Part shown: piece after piece, positions 52,319 to 62,627 of the stretch | Layout: each line of letters begins with the position of its first letter | Position numbering within the stretch: position 1 is the stretch's first letter | DNA from: Candidatus Deferrimicrobiaceae bacterium | Lineage (GTDB): Bacteria > Desulfobacterota > Deferrimicrobia > Deferrimicrobiales > Deferrimicrobiaceae | Reading direction: 5' to 3' | Assembly (NCBI GenBank): GCA_963792415.1 | Contig: CAWBVY010000008.1 | Location: 32,001-96,000 of the forward strand | Length of the DNA stretch: 64,000 bases | Notes under the pieces: model-generated | The model's database searches: none | Told to the model about the DNA's origin: nothing | The model's input: the letters and a program-made list of their open reading frames with translations, nothing else | Position numbers and translations under genes: made by a program

Positions 52319-55084
52319 ATGAACGCCGAACACGACCGACTGAAGGAATCCCGGGAGCGGAAGGTCCTCTGGAAGAAATGGGGGCCGTACCTGAGCGAGC
52401 GGCAGTGGGGGACGGTCCGCGAGGATTACAGCGAGGGGGGCGACGCCTGGAACTTCTTCACCCACGACCATGCCCGCTCGCGCGCCTATCGCTGGGGCGA
52501 GGACGGCATCGCCGGCATTTCCGATGACAAGCAGCGCCTCTGCTTCGCGCTGGCCCTGTGGAACGGGAAGGACCCCATCCTCAAGGAACGGCTCTTCGGC
52601 CTGACCAACAGCGAAGGCAACCACGGCGAGGACGTCAAGGAGTACTACTTCTACCTCGACAGCACGCCGACCCACTCCTACATGAAGTACCTCTACAAGT
52701 ACCCGCAGGCGGCCTTTCCCTACGCCGACCTGGTGGAGACGAACCGCCGTCGCACCCGGGAGGAGATGGAGTACGAACTCCTCGACACCGGCGTCTTCAA
52801 TGACGACCGCTACTTCGACGTCTTCGTGGAGTACGCCAAGGACGGTCCGGACGACATCCTGGTGAAGATCACCGCGGCCAACCGGGGACCGGACGGCGGC
52901 CGAACTGCACCTCCTGCCGACGCTCTGGTTCCGGAACGACTGGTCTGCGTGGATCGCCGAGTCAGCAGGGCCGCCGAGAAACCGAACCTCAAGCAGATCA
53001 AGGCGGCGGCGGGCACGAGCGCGGTCGCGGCGACGCATCCGGTGCTGGGGGAGTACATCCTCTGCTGCGAAGGCGAGGTGCCGCTGCTCTTCACCGAGAA
53101 CGAGACGAACCACGAGCGGCTCTTCCCCGGGACAGAAGAACGAGAGCCCCCACGTCAAGGACGGCATCAACGACTGCGTGGTACAGGGCAATCAGGGCGC
53201 GGTGAACCCCGAAAAGCAGGGCACCAAGGTCGCGGCGCACTACCGGCTGAAGGTCGGCCCCGGCCAGTCGGCGACGGTGCGGCTGCGCCTGACGGCTCGG
53301 CCGCTGCCGTGCGAGCGGAAAACCAAGGCAGCGCAGCCCCTTCGGCCCGGAGTTCGACGAAGATCCTGGCCGCCCGGCTGCAGGAGGCGGACGAGTTCTA
53401 CCGGTCGGTGACCCCGCCTTCCGTCTCGCCGGACGCGGCCAACGTGATGCGCCAGGCCATCGCCGGCATGCTGTGGAGCAAGCAGTTCTACTTCTTCGAC
53501 GGCGACAACTGGCTGGACGAGCACAACTCCAATCCCCTCCATGCCGGGTATCGCGCCTCCCGGAACTCGGAGTGGTTCCACATGGTCAACGAGGACATCA
53601 TCTCGATGCCCGACAAGTGGGAGTACCCCTGGTACGCGGCCTGGGACCTGGCCTTCCACACGCTCCCGCTCGCGATCGTGGACCCCGACTTCGCCAAGGA
53701 GCAGATGGAACTGATGCTGCGCGGGGTCTACCTGCACCCCAGCGGCCAGATGCCCGCCTACGAGTGGAACTTCAGCGACGTGAACCCCCCGGTCCACGCC
53801 TTCGCGACGCTCTTCCTGCACCGCACCGAGCAGGCCCTGCGCGGCGAGACGGACGTCGATTTCCTCAAGTCGGCGTTCAACAAGCTGCTGCTGAACTTCA
53901 CCTGGTGGGTGAACCGCAAGGACCGGTTCGGCAAGAACGTCTTCGAGGGGGGCTTCCTCGGCCTCGACAACATCGGCGTCTTCGACCGCAGCGCCCCGCT
54001 GCCGACCGGCGGCCACCTGGAGCAGGCGGACGGCACGGCGTGGATGGCCCTCTTCAGCCAGAACATGCTGGAACTTGCGGTCGGAGACTCGCCGCCCACG
54101 ACCCCACCTACGAGGACATGGTCTCGAAGTTCGCCGAGCACTTCTACTACATCGCCGCCGCCATGAACCGCCCGGGCCAGGACGGCATGTGGGACGAGGA
54201 GGACGGCTTCTACTACGACCTGCTGCGGCTCCCCGACGGCAGCGCCACGCGGCTCAAGGTGCGCTCGATGGTGGGGCTCCTGCCCCTGTGCGCGACGACG
54301 GTGATCGAGGCGTGGCAGCGGGAGCGCGTTCCGCGGGCGATGGCCCAGATCCAGGAACGCCTGCGCCGGATGCCCGAGCTGCTGACAGTCCATCCACCCC
54401 ACGGGCCCGGGACACTTCGGCGTGGCCGACCGGGGGATCATGGCCCTGGTCAACCCGGAGCGGCTCCGCCGGATCCTCACGAAGATGCTCGACGAGAACG
54501 AGTTCCTGGGCCCCTACGGCATCCGCTCGCTCTCCAAGTTCCACGAGCAGCACCCGTACGTCTTCCACGTGAACGGCCAGGAGTACCGGGTGGACTACCT
54601 GCCGGCCGAGTCGAACACCGGCATGTTCGGCGGCAACTCCAACTGGCGGGGCCCGGTCTGGATGCCGGTGAACGCGCTCATCATCCGGGCGCTGCTGAAC
54701 TTCTACCTGTACTACGGCGACAACTTCAAGATCGAATGCCCCACCGGCTCCGGGCAAGATGATGAACCTCTTCGAGGTCGCCAAGGAGATCGCCGACCGG
54801 CTCAGCCGGATCTTCCTGCGCGACGAACACGGCCGGCGCCCCGTCTACGGCGGCACGGAGAAGTTCCAGACCGATCCCCACTGGCGCGATCACCTCCTCT
54901 TCTACGAGTACTTCCACGGCGACAACGGCGCCGGGCTGGGCGCCAGCCACCAGACCGGCTGGACCGGGCTCGTGGCCAAGACCATCCAGCTGTACGGGCT
55001 CCTGGATTCCAAGCGGGCGCTGGAGGGGGGCAAGCAGGCCGCGTTCATAAGGGCGCCCGCGGCGCCGGGGGGCAGAAGGGATGA
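52319..55084 (+). CDS. MGH1-like glycoside hydrolase family 63 (glucosidase), multiply frameshifted
   Basis: [83 protein letters not shown] spread over ORFs 52319, 53178, 53473, 54422 and 54759. Confidence 0.85.
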
Positions 55085-56556
55085 GAGAGTGGCCCAGGCA
55101 TCCGGTCATCTACGAGATCAACACGTGGGTGTGGCTGGGCGACCTGAGCCGGAAATACCGGAGGGTCGTGGATGTCGCCACGGTTCCGGAGCGGGAGTGG
55201 GATGCCGTTGCCTCCCATGGGGTTGACGCCGTATGGCTCATGGGGGTGTGGGAGCGGAGCCCGGCCGGGATCGAAATTTCCATGCGCAACCAGGGGCTCC
55301 TCGAGGATTTCCGGAGAGCCCTCCCCGACGTTTCGGCGGAGGACAATGTCGGCTCCCCCTACTGCGTGCGCCGCTACGTCGTCGACGAACACCTCGGCGG
55401 TCCGCACGGGCTCGCGGCAGCCCGTGACACCCTCGCGAGGCGCGGCATCCGTCTCATCCTCGATTTCGTGCCGAACCATGTCGCTCCGGACCACCCCTGG
55501 GTCGTCGAACATCCGGAATACTTCGTCCAGGGGAGCGCCGACGATGCGGGGAACGATCCGGCATCCTTCGTGGAGGCGGGAGGAACGGTGTTCGCCCGCG
55601 GCCGGGATCCCTACTTCCCGGCGTGGCCCGACGTGCTCCAGCTCAACGCCTTCCAGCCGGGGCTCCGGCAGGCGGTGATCGGGACGGTCTCGGAGATCGC
55701 CGGACAGTGCGACGGCATCCGGTGCGACATGGCGATGCTCATGCTGAACGATGTCTTCGAGCGAACCTGGGGGGCTCGTGCGGGAGCAAAGCCGGGCGAC
55801 GATTTTTGGACGACGGTCATCCCGGCGGTCAAAGGGAGGCATCGGGAGTTCCGGTTCCTGGCCGAGGCGTACTGGGACCTCGAGTGGGAGCTGCAGCAGC
55901 AGGGGTTCGACTGGTGCTACGACAAGAAGCTCTACGACCGGATGGAGCACGGGGACGCCGAGAGCGTGCGCCTGCACCTCCTTGCGGATTCTTCCTACCA
56001 GGAGAGAATGGTCCGGTTCCTCGAGAACCACGACGAGCCGAGGGCGGCCGCCACGTTTCCTTCTCCGAAAGGGCGCGCCGCGGCAGTGGCGATCCTCACG
56101 CTTCCGGGGGCGAAGCTGCTGCACGAGGGTCAGTTCGAGGGAAGGAAGGTGAGATTGCCCGTCTTCCTGGGCCGCCGCCCGGCAGAGCCGGTCGATCCGG
56201 ACCTCGCGGCCTTCTACGACAATCTTCTGAAGGTGACCAATCTCGATGTTTTTCGGAACGGTCAATGGCGCCTCTGCGAGCGGAGCGGCTGGCCCGACAA
56301 CCAGAGCTGCCGGAATCTCCTGGCCTGGTGCTGGCGCAAGGACGAAGAGCGCTTCCTCGTCGTCGTGAATTTTTCCGACAGGACCTCGCAGGCGCTCGTC
56401 CGTGTGCCGTGGGAGGAACTGGGAGGGAGGACGTGGCGTCTTACGGATGCCTTCTCGGGAGATGTCTACGGCCGCAGCGGTGACGCGATGAGGGATTCCG
56501 GTCTGTACGTCGACCTGAAGCCCTGGGGGTACCACATCTTCGCCCTGGGCAGCTGA
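55081..56556 (+). CDS. Alpha-amylase family (GH13) glycosidase
   Basis: [28 protein letters not shown]. Confidence 0.9.
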   Translation: MREWPRHPVIYEINTWVWLGDLSRKYRRVVDVATVPEREWDAVASHGVDAVWLMGVWERSPAGIEISMRNQGLLEDFRRALPDVSAEDNVGSPYCVRRYVVDEHLGGPHGLAAARDTLARRGIRLILDFVPNHVAPDHPWVVEHPEYFVQGSADDAGNDPASFVEAGGTVFARGRDPYFPAWPDVLQLNAFQPGLRQAVIGTVSEIAGQCDGIRCDMAMLMLNDVFERTWGARAGAKPGDDFWTTVIPAVKGRHREFRFLAEAYWDLEWELQQQGFDWCYDKKLYDRMEHGDAESVRLHLLADSSYQERMVRFLENHDEPRAAATFPSPKGRAAAVAILTLPGAKLLHEGQFEGRKVRLPVFLGRRPAEPVDPDLAAFYDNLLKVTNLDVFRNGQWRLCERSGWPDNQSCRNLLAWCWRKDEERFLVVVNFSDRTSQALVRVPWEELGGRTWRLTDAFSGDVYGRSGDAMRDSGLYVDLKPWGYHIFALGS

Positions 56557-56581
56557 TGCACACGAATCAGGAGGTGATCAA

Positions 56582-57631
56582 ATGAAAGCCATCACGGTGG
56601 AGCCGAAGAAGCCGGGGACCGCGCGGTACGAAGATGTTCCGGAGCCGGATCTGCATGAAGGCTCGGTTCTCGTGGAGGCGGTCGCCGTCGGGGTCTGCGG
56701 GACCGACGTCGAGATCGCAGAGGGGAAATACGGCTGGGCGCCGCCGGGAAAGACACGCCTGGTGCTGGGGCACGAATCCCTGGGCCGCGTCCTGGACCCT
56801 GGGCCGGCCGGCGGACTCAAGAAGGGCGATCTGGTGGTGGGCATCGTCCGGCGCCCGGACCCGGTCCCCTGCCCGAACTGCGCCGTGGGCGAGTGGGACA
56901 TGTGCCGGAACGGACAGTACACCGAGCGCGGCATCAAGCAGATCGACGGATATATGTCGGAGCGTTGGCGGATCGAGCCCGCATATGCGGTCAAGGTGGA
57001 CGCTACCCTCGGGATCCTGGGCGTTCTGCTCGAGCCGACGACGGTCGTCACCAAGGCGTGGGAGCATACCCTTGCGGTGGGGCGGCGGGCGTTCTGGGAG
57101 CCGAAAACCGTGCTCGTGACCGGGGCGGGGCCGATCGGCCTGCTCGGCGCCCTGCTCGGAAAGCAGCTCGGGCTGGAGGTTCACGTTCTGGACCGGGCCG
57201 AGACGGGTCCCAAGCCTGAGCTCGTGCGCGCACTGGGTGCTACCTACCACACCTGCAGCGTCGCAAAGATCGGATTCGAGCCGGACGTCATATTGGAGTG
57301 CACGGGTGTGGGGCAGGTGATCGCCGAGTCGGTGCTCGCCATCGGTGCAAGCGGCGTCGTGTGCCTCGCGGGCGTCGGGCATGGCGGCGCCGTGCCGAAG
57401 GTCGCCACGGCGGATATCGCGACCACGGCAGTGCTGAAGAACAACGTGGTGTTCGGCAGCGTCAACGCCAACAAGCGGCACTGGTACAAGGCCGCGGAGG
57501 CGCTGGCTCGCGCGGACCGGAAGTGGCTGAGCCGCCTGATCACGCGTCGTGAAAAGCCGGAGAATTTCCGGCAGGCTCTGGACAGGCAGCCCGACGACAT
57601 CAAGGTCGTCCTCCAGTTTTCGGGGGTGTGA
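56582..57631 (+). CDS. Zn-dependent glucose 1-dehydrogenase (MDR family)
   Basis: GVCGTD, LGHESLG, CPNC...C, ERGI, GAGPIG, FGSVNA. Confidence 0.85.
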   Translation: MKAITVEPKKPGTARYEDVPEPDLHEGSVLVEAVAVGVCGTDVEIAEGKYGWAPPGKTRLVLGHESLGRVLDPGPAGGLKKGDLVVGIVRRPDPVPCPNCAVGEWDMCRNGQYTERGIKQIDGYMSERWRIEPAYAVKVDATLGILGVLLEPTTVVTKAWEHTLAVGRRAFWEPKTVLVTGAGPIGLLGALLGKQLGLEVHVLDRAETGPKPELVRALGATYHTCSVAKIGFEPDVILECTGVGQVIAESVLAIGASGVVCLAGVGHGGAVPKVATADIATTAVLKNNVVFGSVNANKRHWYKAAEALARADRKWLSRLITRREKPENFRQALDRQPDDIKVVLQFSGV

Positions 57632-57663
57632 TCGCAACGCGCCGATCCCGGGGAGGTTTGCAC

Positions 57664-59445
57664 ATGGCCCTGAGAATCGAAGACTATGCGATGATCGGCG
57701 ACACGGAGTCGGGGGCGCTCGTCGGCAAGAACGGCTCCATCGACTGGTTGTGCGCCCCGCGGTTCGACTCGCCGGCGTTCTTCGCCGCGCTCCTCGGCAC
57801 CGAAGCCAACGGCCACTGGCAGGTCGCGCCGGCGGGGGAGGTGCGCAGCGTCCGGCGGCGCTACCGCCAGGGCACCGTCGTTCTCGAGACCGACTTCGAG
57901 ACGGTTGACGGCGAGGTCCGTCTGGTGGATTGCATGCCGCCGCAAAACGGACACACCGATCTTGTTCGAGTGGTCGAGGGCATTCGTGGGCGCGTCGCGA
58001 TGCGGATGCGCTTCGCGCCCCGGTTCGATTACGGGCGGCTCATCCCGGCCCTTGCGCGCATCGACCAGGGCGCATTCGCCGTCGCGGGGCCGGACGCGGT
58101 ATGCCTGCGCACCCCCGTGGACCTGCGGGAGGGCGGGGCGGCGACCTCGGCGGCGTTCACCGTCTCCGCCGGCGAACGGGTGCCTTTTCACCTCGTCTGG
58201 TATCCCTCCCACCTCCCCCCCCCGGAGCCGGCCGATCCGTTCGAGATGGTGGCGCGCACGGAGGCCTGGTGGCGGGAATGGTCCGGGCGCTGCCGGTACG
58301 AGGGGCCGTACCGGGACGACGTGGTTCGGTCGCTGATCACGCTGAAGGCGCTCACGTATGCGCCGACGGGCGCGATCGTGGCGGCACTCACGACGTCGCT
58401 GCCGGAAGAGATCGGCGGGGAACGGAACTGGGACTACCGGTACTGCTGGCTGCGCGACGGCGCCTTCACCCTCGCCCCGCTCGTCCGGATGGGCTACCTG
58501 GACGAGGCCGTGGCGTGGCGGGACTGGCTCTTTCGCTCCATCGCCGGCGACCCCGGCCAGATGCAGCTCATGTACGGCATCGGGGGCGAGCACCGGCTGC
58601 CCGAATTCGAGCTGCCCTGGTTGTCGGGGTACGAGGACTCCAGGCCGGTCCGCATCGGCAACGCCGCCAGCGATCAGTTCCAGCTCGACATCTTCGGCGA
58701 AGTCCTCGCGGTCGGTTATAGAGCATGGCAGGCCGGTCTCCAGGAACGCGATTTCACTCGAACGCCGGGAATCGACCTCCCGGCGATGATCGACGTCGTG
58801 GAGCGTCGCTGGCGCGAGCCGGACGAGGGGATCTGGGAAGTCCGCGGGGAGCGGAAGCACTTCACCTATTCCAAGGTCTCGGCATGGGCCGCCCTCGAGA
58901 GCGCGATCCAGCTGGCGGAGGGGACCGGCCGCGCGGCGCCGCTTGAGCATTGGCGCCGGGTGCGCGACGAGATCCACGCCGATGTGTGCGCGCATGGTTT
59001 CGACACGACACGCAACTCGTTCGTGCAGCATTACGGGGGAACGGGATTGGATGCCAGCCTTCTGCTCATCCCCATCTTCGGCTTCCTCCCGCCACGGGAT
59101 CCCCGGGTGCTGTCCACGATCGATGCGATCCAGCGGGAGATCAGTTCCGGCCCGTTCGTCTGGCGGTACTCTACCGACGATGGGTTAGACGGGTTGGCCG
59201 GCAGCGAGGGGGCGTTCCTCATCTGCTCGTTCTGGCTGGTCAGCGCTCTGGCGCTCGCGGGACGCGTCGAGGAGGCGGAGCGCAACCTCGAGCAGCTGCG
59301 GGCGCTTCAAAATGACGTCGGCCTGTTCAGCGAGGAATACGACCCCGGCGCCCGGCGCCTGCTGGGCAACTTCCCCCAGGCGTTCTCGCATATCGGGCTG
59401 CTGCATTCGATCCTCACGATCGCGGAAGCAAAGGCCGGACGGTAG
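57664..59445 (+). CDS. Glycoside hydrolase family 15 (trehalase/glucoamylase-like)
   Basis: IEDYAMIGD, TSLPE, RNWDYRYCWLRD, QLDIFGE, GIWEVRG, LGNFPQAFSH; GGAGG RBS. Confidence 0.92.
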   Translation: MALRIEDYAMIGDTESGALVGKNGSIDWLCAPRFDSPAFFAALLGTEANGHWQVAPAGEVRSVRRRYRQGTVVLETDFETVDGEVRLVDCMPPQNGHTDLVRVVEGIRGRVAMRMRFAPRFDYGRLIPALARIDQGAFAVAGPDAVCLRTPVDLREGGAATSAAFTVSAGERVPFHLVWYPSHLPPPEPADPFEMVARTEAWWREWSGRCRYEGPYRDDVVRSLITLKALTYAPTGAIVAALTTSLPEEIGGERNWDYRYCWLRDGAFTLAPLVRMGYLDEAVAWRDWLFRSIAGDPGQMQLMYGIGGEHRLPEFELPWLSGYEDSRPVRIGNAASDQFQLDIFGEVLAVGYRAWQAGLQERDFTRTPGIDLPAMIDVVERRWREPDEGIWEVRGERKHFTYSKVSAWAALESAIQLAEGTGRAAPLEHWRRVRDEIHADVCAHGFDTTRNSFVQHYGGTGLDASLLLIPIFGFLPPRDPRVLSTIDAIQREISSGPFVWRYSTDDGLDGLAGSEGAFLICSFWLVSALALAGRVEEAERNLEQLRALQNDVGLFSEEYDPGARRLLGNFPQAFSHIGLLHSILTIAEAKAGR

Positions 59446-59486
59446 CGGAGCGTCTCGAAATTGTCTGACGATCCACTGGTTCTCGC

Positions 59487-60269
59487 ATGATGAAACAGAA
59501 GAACGGTCAAATCACCCCCTGGCAGCTGTTCGTGTCCGAGTTGATCGGCACGGCGTTGCTGGTTCTGGTCGGTCTTTCGCTGGTCATCCTGATGTTCGGG
59601 GCCGGCAGCCCGGTCGCACGGGTCGTGCCGGGTGAAGGGACGCGCCGGCTGATCACCGGTTTCCTGTTCGGCACCACGGGCGCGCTCATCGCGCTGTCCC
59701 CTGTCGGGAAGGAAAGCGGAGCCCATATCAATCCGGTCGTCACCCTGGGCTTCTGGCTGATGGGAAAACTCGACTTGCCGACCACCCTTGGATATATTGG
59801 GGCTCAGTTGATCGGTGCGGTCATCGGGTCGCTGCCTCTTCTTTTGTGGGGAGCGATGGGGAAAAGCGTGGCATTCGGAGCGACCTTGCCGGGTCCCGGC
59901 TTCACTCTCACGACGGTTTTCCTGGGCGAAGTGGTCACGACTTTTGCGATGGTCTCCCTGCTCGCCGTCTTTCTGGGTTTCCGGAAGATCCGTCCCTTCA
60001 CCCCGGCGATCTTCCCCCCCCTCTACGGAATCATGGTGTGGGCCGAGGCTCCGATATCGGGCACCAGCACGAATCCCGCCCGCAGCTTCGGTCCGGCGAT
60101 CGTGTCCGGACAATGGCACGGCTGGTGGATTTACTGGGCGGGCCCGCTGGCCGGCATGTTCCTGGCGATCCTCGTCTTCAGTTTCCTGGCGGAGCGGATC
60201 GAGGTGGCGAAGTTGTATCATTTCGAGAGCGACCGTCGCCGGTTTTTCCGGAAGTCGAATACTTCATAG
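59487..60269 (+). CDS. MIP/aquaporin family channel
   Basis: SGAHINPVVT and SGTSTNPARSFGP loops, six TM helices. Confidence 0.9.
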   Translation: MMKQKNGQITPWQLFVSELIGTALLVLVGLSLVILMFGAGSPVARVVPGEGTRRLITGFLFGTTGALIALSPVGKESGAHINPVVTLGFWLMGKLDLPTTLGYIGAQLIGAVIGSLPLLLWGAMGKSVAFGATLPGPGFTLTTVFLGEVVTTFAMVSLLAVFLGFRKIRPFTPAIFPPLYGIMVWAEAPISGTSTNPARSFGPAIVSGQWHGWWIYWAGPLAGMFLAILVFSFLAERIEVAKLYHFESDRRRFFRKSNTS

Positions 60270-60296
60270 GCCCACAAGAGGAAAGGGGAAAAGGTC

Positions 60297-60788
60297 ATGA
60301 ACAGGATCATCCGTTATTTCGCAGGGGTTTTATCGGTTCTCGCTTTCGCTTCCTGCGCATCCATGCCTGTCGCCCCGATGGAAGAGCGATCCATGCAGAA
60401 GGTTCACGACGTGGACCTCACGAAAAACGAGATATATGACGTTTCGCTGGAATGGATGGCTCGGACATTCTTCGATAACAGGGAAGTAATCGAGATAACG
60501 GACAAGGAGAACGGAAAGATCATAGCGAAAGGAATGATCCTATTTAAAGGGAAAATCGGTTGGTTTTCCGGAGACATGCCTTGCAGGTTCACTTTGACGG
60601 TAGAAGCGAAGGACAATAAATACAGGACGACGTACAATAACTTTGTCGCTTTGCATGGCGAGAGTCAAAATCGGCCGGTGCCTCTTGAGGAAAAGGAATA
60701 CGTTGATGCCGTTAAAGCGAAATTAGCCGTAATCGATGAGGACTTGTACGCTTACCTGAAAAAATACAAATCGAATACGGATTGGTAA
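60297..60788 (+). CDS. Lipoprotein of unknown function (DUF4468-like), AT-rich
   Basis: FASC lipobox; EIYD..LEW...DKENGKIIAKG...KDNKYR. Confidence 0.7.
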   Translation: MNRIIRYFAGVLSVLAFASCASMPVAPMEERSMQKVHDVDLTKNEIYDVSLEWMARTFFDNREVIEITDKENGKIIAKGMILFKGKIGWFSGDMPCRFTLTVEAKDNKYRTTYNNFVALHGESQNRPVPLEEKEYVDAVKAKLAVIDEDLYAYLKKYKSNTDW

Positions 60789-60802
60789 TATGGGGGAAGG
60801 GT

Positions 60803-60842
60803 AAAGAAAGAAAAGGGGCCACCGGTAAAACGGTGACCCCTT
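60803..60842 (-). terminator. Rho-independent terminator of the minus-strand Ysc84 gene
   Basis: Minus strand AAGGGGTCACCG-TTTTAC-CGGTGGCCCC-TTTTCTTTCTTT. Confidence 0.7.
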
Positions 60843-60873
60843 CCTTCCATGCCGAACAAAGTGCCGCCCGTGC

Positions 60874-61578
60874 CTATTGCGCCTTCTTCAGTTCTTCTTT
60901 CAGCGGGGCAGCCCCCTTGTTGCCGACCGATCTCTTGACGGTGATGTCCACGGGAGTGGCCGCTTCGCCGTAGTAGGATTTGTTGAGGCTTTCCCGGACG
61001 GAGAGGTACGATCCATCCAGATTCAGCCCTGCGTATAACCCTTTCGACTTCGCGAAGGAAATGAAATCGGCGGTGACGTTCGCCTTCGCCCCGGCGCCTA
61101 CCGGCCCGAGAGCGATCGAGGTGTCTCCACCCAGCTTGAATTTCGAGGTGAGCAGGGAATCGACGCCTTTCTGGCTCATCACCAGCAGGACCACTTCCGC
61201 CGCTTCCCCGCCGATCTGCAGACCGAAACTCACCGAACCCAACGTGTAGAACGCGGGGTCGCTCCACGCCCCCGTCTTGCCGTCTCTCACCAGGAGGACG
61301 CCGGTGCCGCCCGAGCCGCCGAGGATGAACCCCGCCTTGAGCACCGACGGATAGATCAGCACGCCTTTCGCCTTCTTGATGTTCTCGCGCAACCAGTCGT
61401 AGTCCTTGTCCCGCATGAAGGAACTGAGGGTGACGCGCGCGTTGTCGACGATCCCCTGTGCGTCCTCCTTGTCGGCCGCCATCGCTCCCGGCGCTGCGAC
61501 GATGAGGAGCATTGCCGCGAGGATCGTTGCGAGTGCAACTGCCAGGATTCCGGCCCTGCCTGTCCGCCTTGGTGTCAT
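60874..61578 (-). CDS. Ysc84/SYLF lipid-binding domain protein
   Basis: AKGVLIYP, KAGFILGGSGGTG, WSDPAF, SFGLQIG, SKGLYAG; signal peptide. Confidence 0.88.
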   Translation of the reverse strand: MTPRRTGRAGILAVALATILAAMLLIVAAPGAMAADKEDAQGIVDNARVTLSSFMRDKDYDWLRENIKKAKGVLIYPSVLKAGFILGGSGGTGVLLVRDGKTGAWSDPAFYTLGSVSFGLQIGGEAAEVVLLVMSQKGVDSLLTSKFKLGGDTSIALGPVGAGAKANVTADFISFAKSKGLYAGLNLDGSYLSVRESLNKSYYGEAATPVDITVKRSVGNKGAAPLKEELKKAQ

Positions 61579-61851
61579 TTTCGTGCCCTCCTCACGCGGA
61601 TTTGATTGGACGTGCGATCATTATATAATCGGGATATATTTTAGCGTAGAGGGAATATAGGAACGCAAACACCGTGCAAACAAACGGCCACACGTTCCGG
61701 ATTCGCCGAGGCGACCACTTTATTTGGCGGAAGGGAAGGGGCGGTGGAATATTTCTTTGCCCCATAATGGGATTTCGATATGCTTTCGTCATCGTAACCG
61801 ACAAGGTGAATTATGAAGTTGTCCTATCCTCGTTCGGAAGGGGGGTTCCCG

Positions 61852-62307
61852 ATGCGTGTATTCAAAGGAAAAGAACGGTGGGCAGTGATAGCGACGGTGC
61901 TTTTGTCAGTCACGATCATGGCGGGCTGCGCACCGACTTTCAAGTATTCCTTCGACAAGAAGACCGGATTCGCGGATCTGAAGAGTTATACATGGGCTCC
62001 GTCATCCTCTTTGGACCGCCTGGTCGAAACGAATGTCCAGGATATTTCGGATCAGCTCCTCGCACAGAAAGGCTTCAGGAAGGTGTCCGAGAAGGCCGAC
62101 CTGGTGATAAAGATGGGATACGATTCCTACTACGGATATCAGAACCGCTATGAACTCCAGGGGCTGAACTTGTTCATCTACAAAGCCGAGAGTATGGAGT
62201 TGGTCTGGCGGGGGACGGCATTCGGTACCATCGACACCGATGCGGCTTCGGGCGACTTGAAGCAGGCAGTGCAGGGAATTCTTTCGAATTTTCCGCCAAA
62301 GGAATAG
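61852..62307 (+). CDS. DUF4136-like lipoprotein
   Basis: MAGC lipobox, LKSYTW, LVWRGTA, ILSNFPP. Confidence 0.75.
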   Translation: MRVFKGKERWAVIATVLLSVTIMAGCAPTFKYSFDKKTGFADLKSYTWAPSSSLDRLVETNVQDISDQLLAQKGFRKVSEKADLVIKMGYDSYYGYQNRYELQGLNLFIYKAESMELVWRGTAFGTIDTDAASGDLKQAVQGILSNFPPKE

Positions 62308-62368
62308 TTGCCGATAACTGTTTGATACTGAAGATGATTCTTTCTGAGGTCGCCTTCTCTCCATCGGG

Positions 62369-62400
62369 AGGTTGAAGGTTCGGGCCCTTCATGGCCACCA
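62369..62400 (+). pseudogene. Degenerate 3' half of a tRNA (att-site-like remnant), not a functional tRNA
   Basis: T-arm GAAGG-TTCGGGC-CCTTC followed by ATGGCC-ACCA; no 5' half recognisable upstream. Confidence 0.55.
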
Positions 62401-62404
62401 GTAA

Positions 62405-62443
62405 AATCAAGGGGTTACGGCAATCGCCGTGGCCCCTTTTTTT
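62405..62443 (+). terminator. Terminator hairpin overlapping an exact IHF consensus
   Basis: AATCAA-GGGG-TTA; stem AAGGGGTTACGGC-AATC-GCCGTGGCCCCTT plus T run. Confidence 0.7.
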
Positions 62444-62627
62444 GGGGGGGGGGTGAAAATCCGTCCGTTGGGCGTCAGCCGGTACCGGCTGGCGAAGGAA
62501 ATCTGCGTCCCCGCGCCGTCGCCGGCGGATCGAAGGCCGTTGGGGCCGCAAATGACTGGAAATATAATGGATTTTAATATAATGTGAATGGCATGGCCGC
62601 AAGGGCGAGAGAGGAAATGCAAACCCG

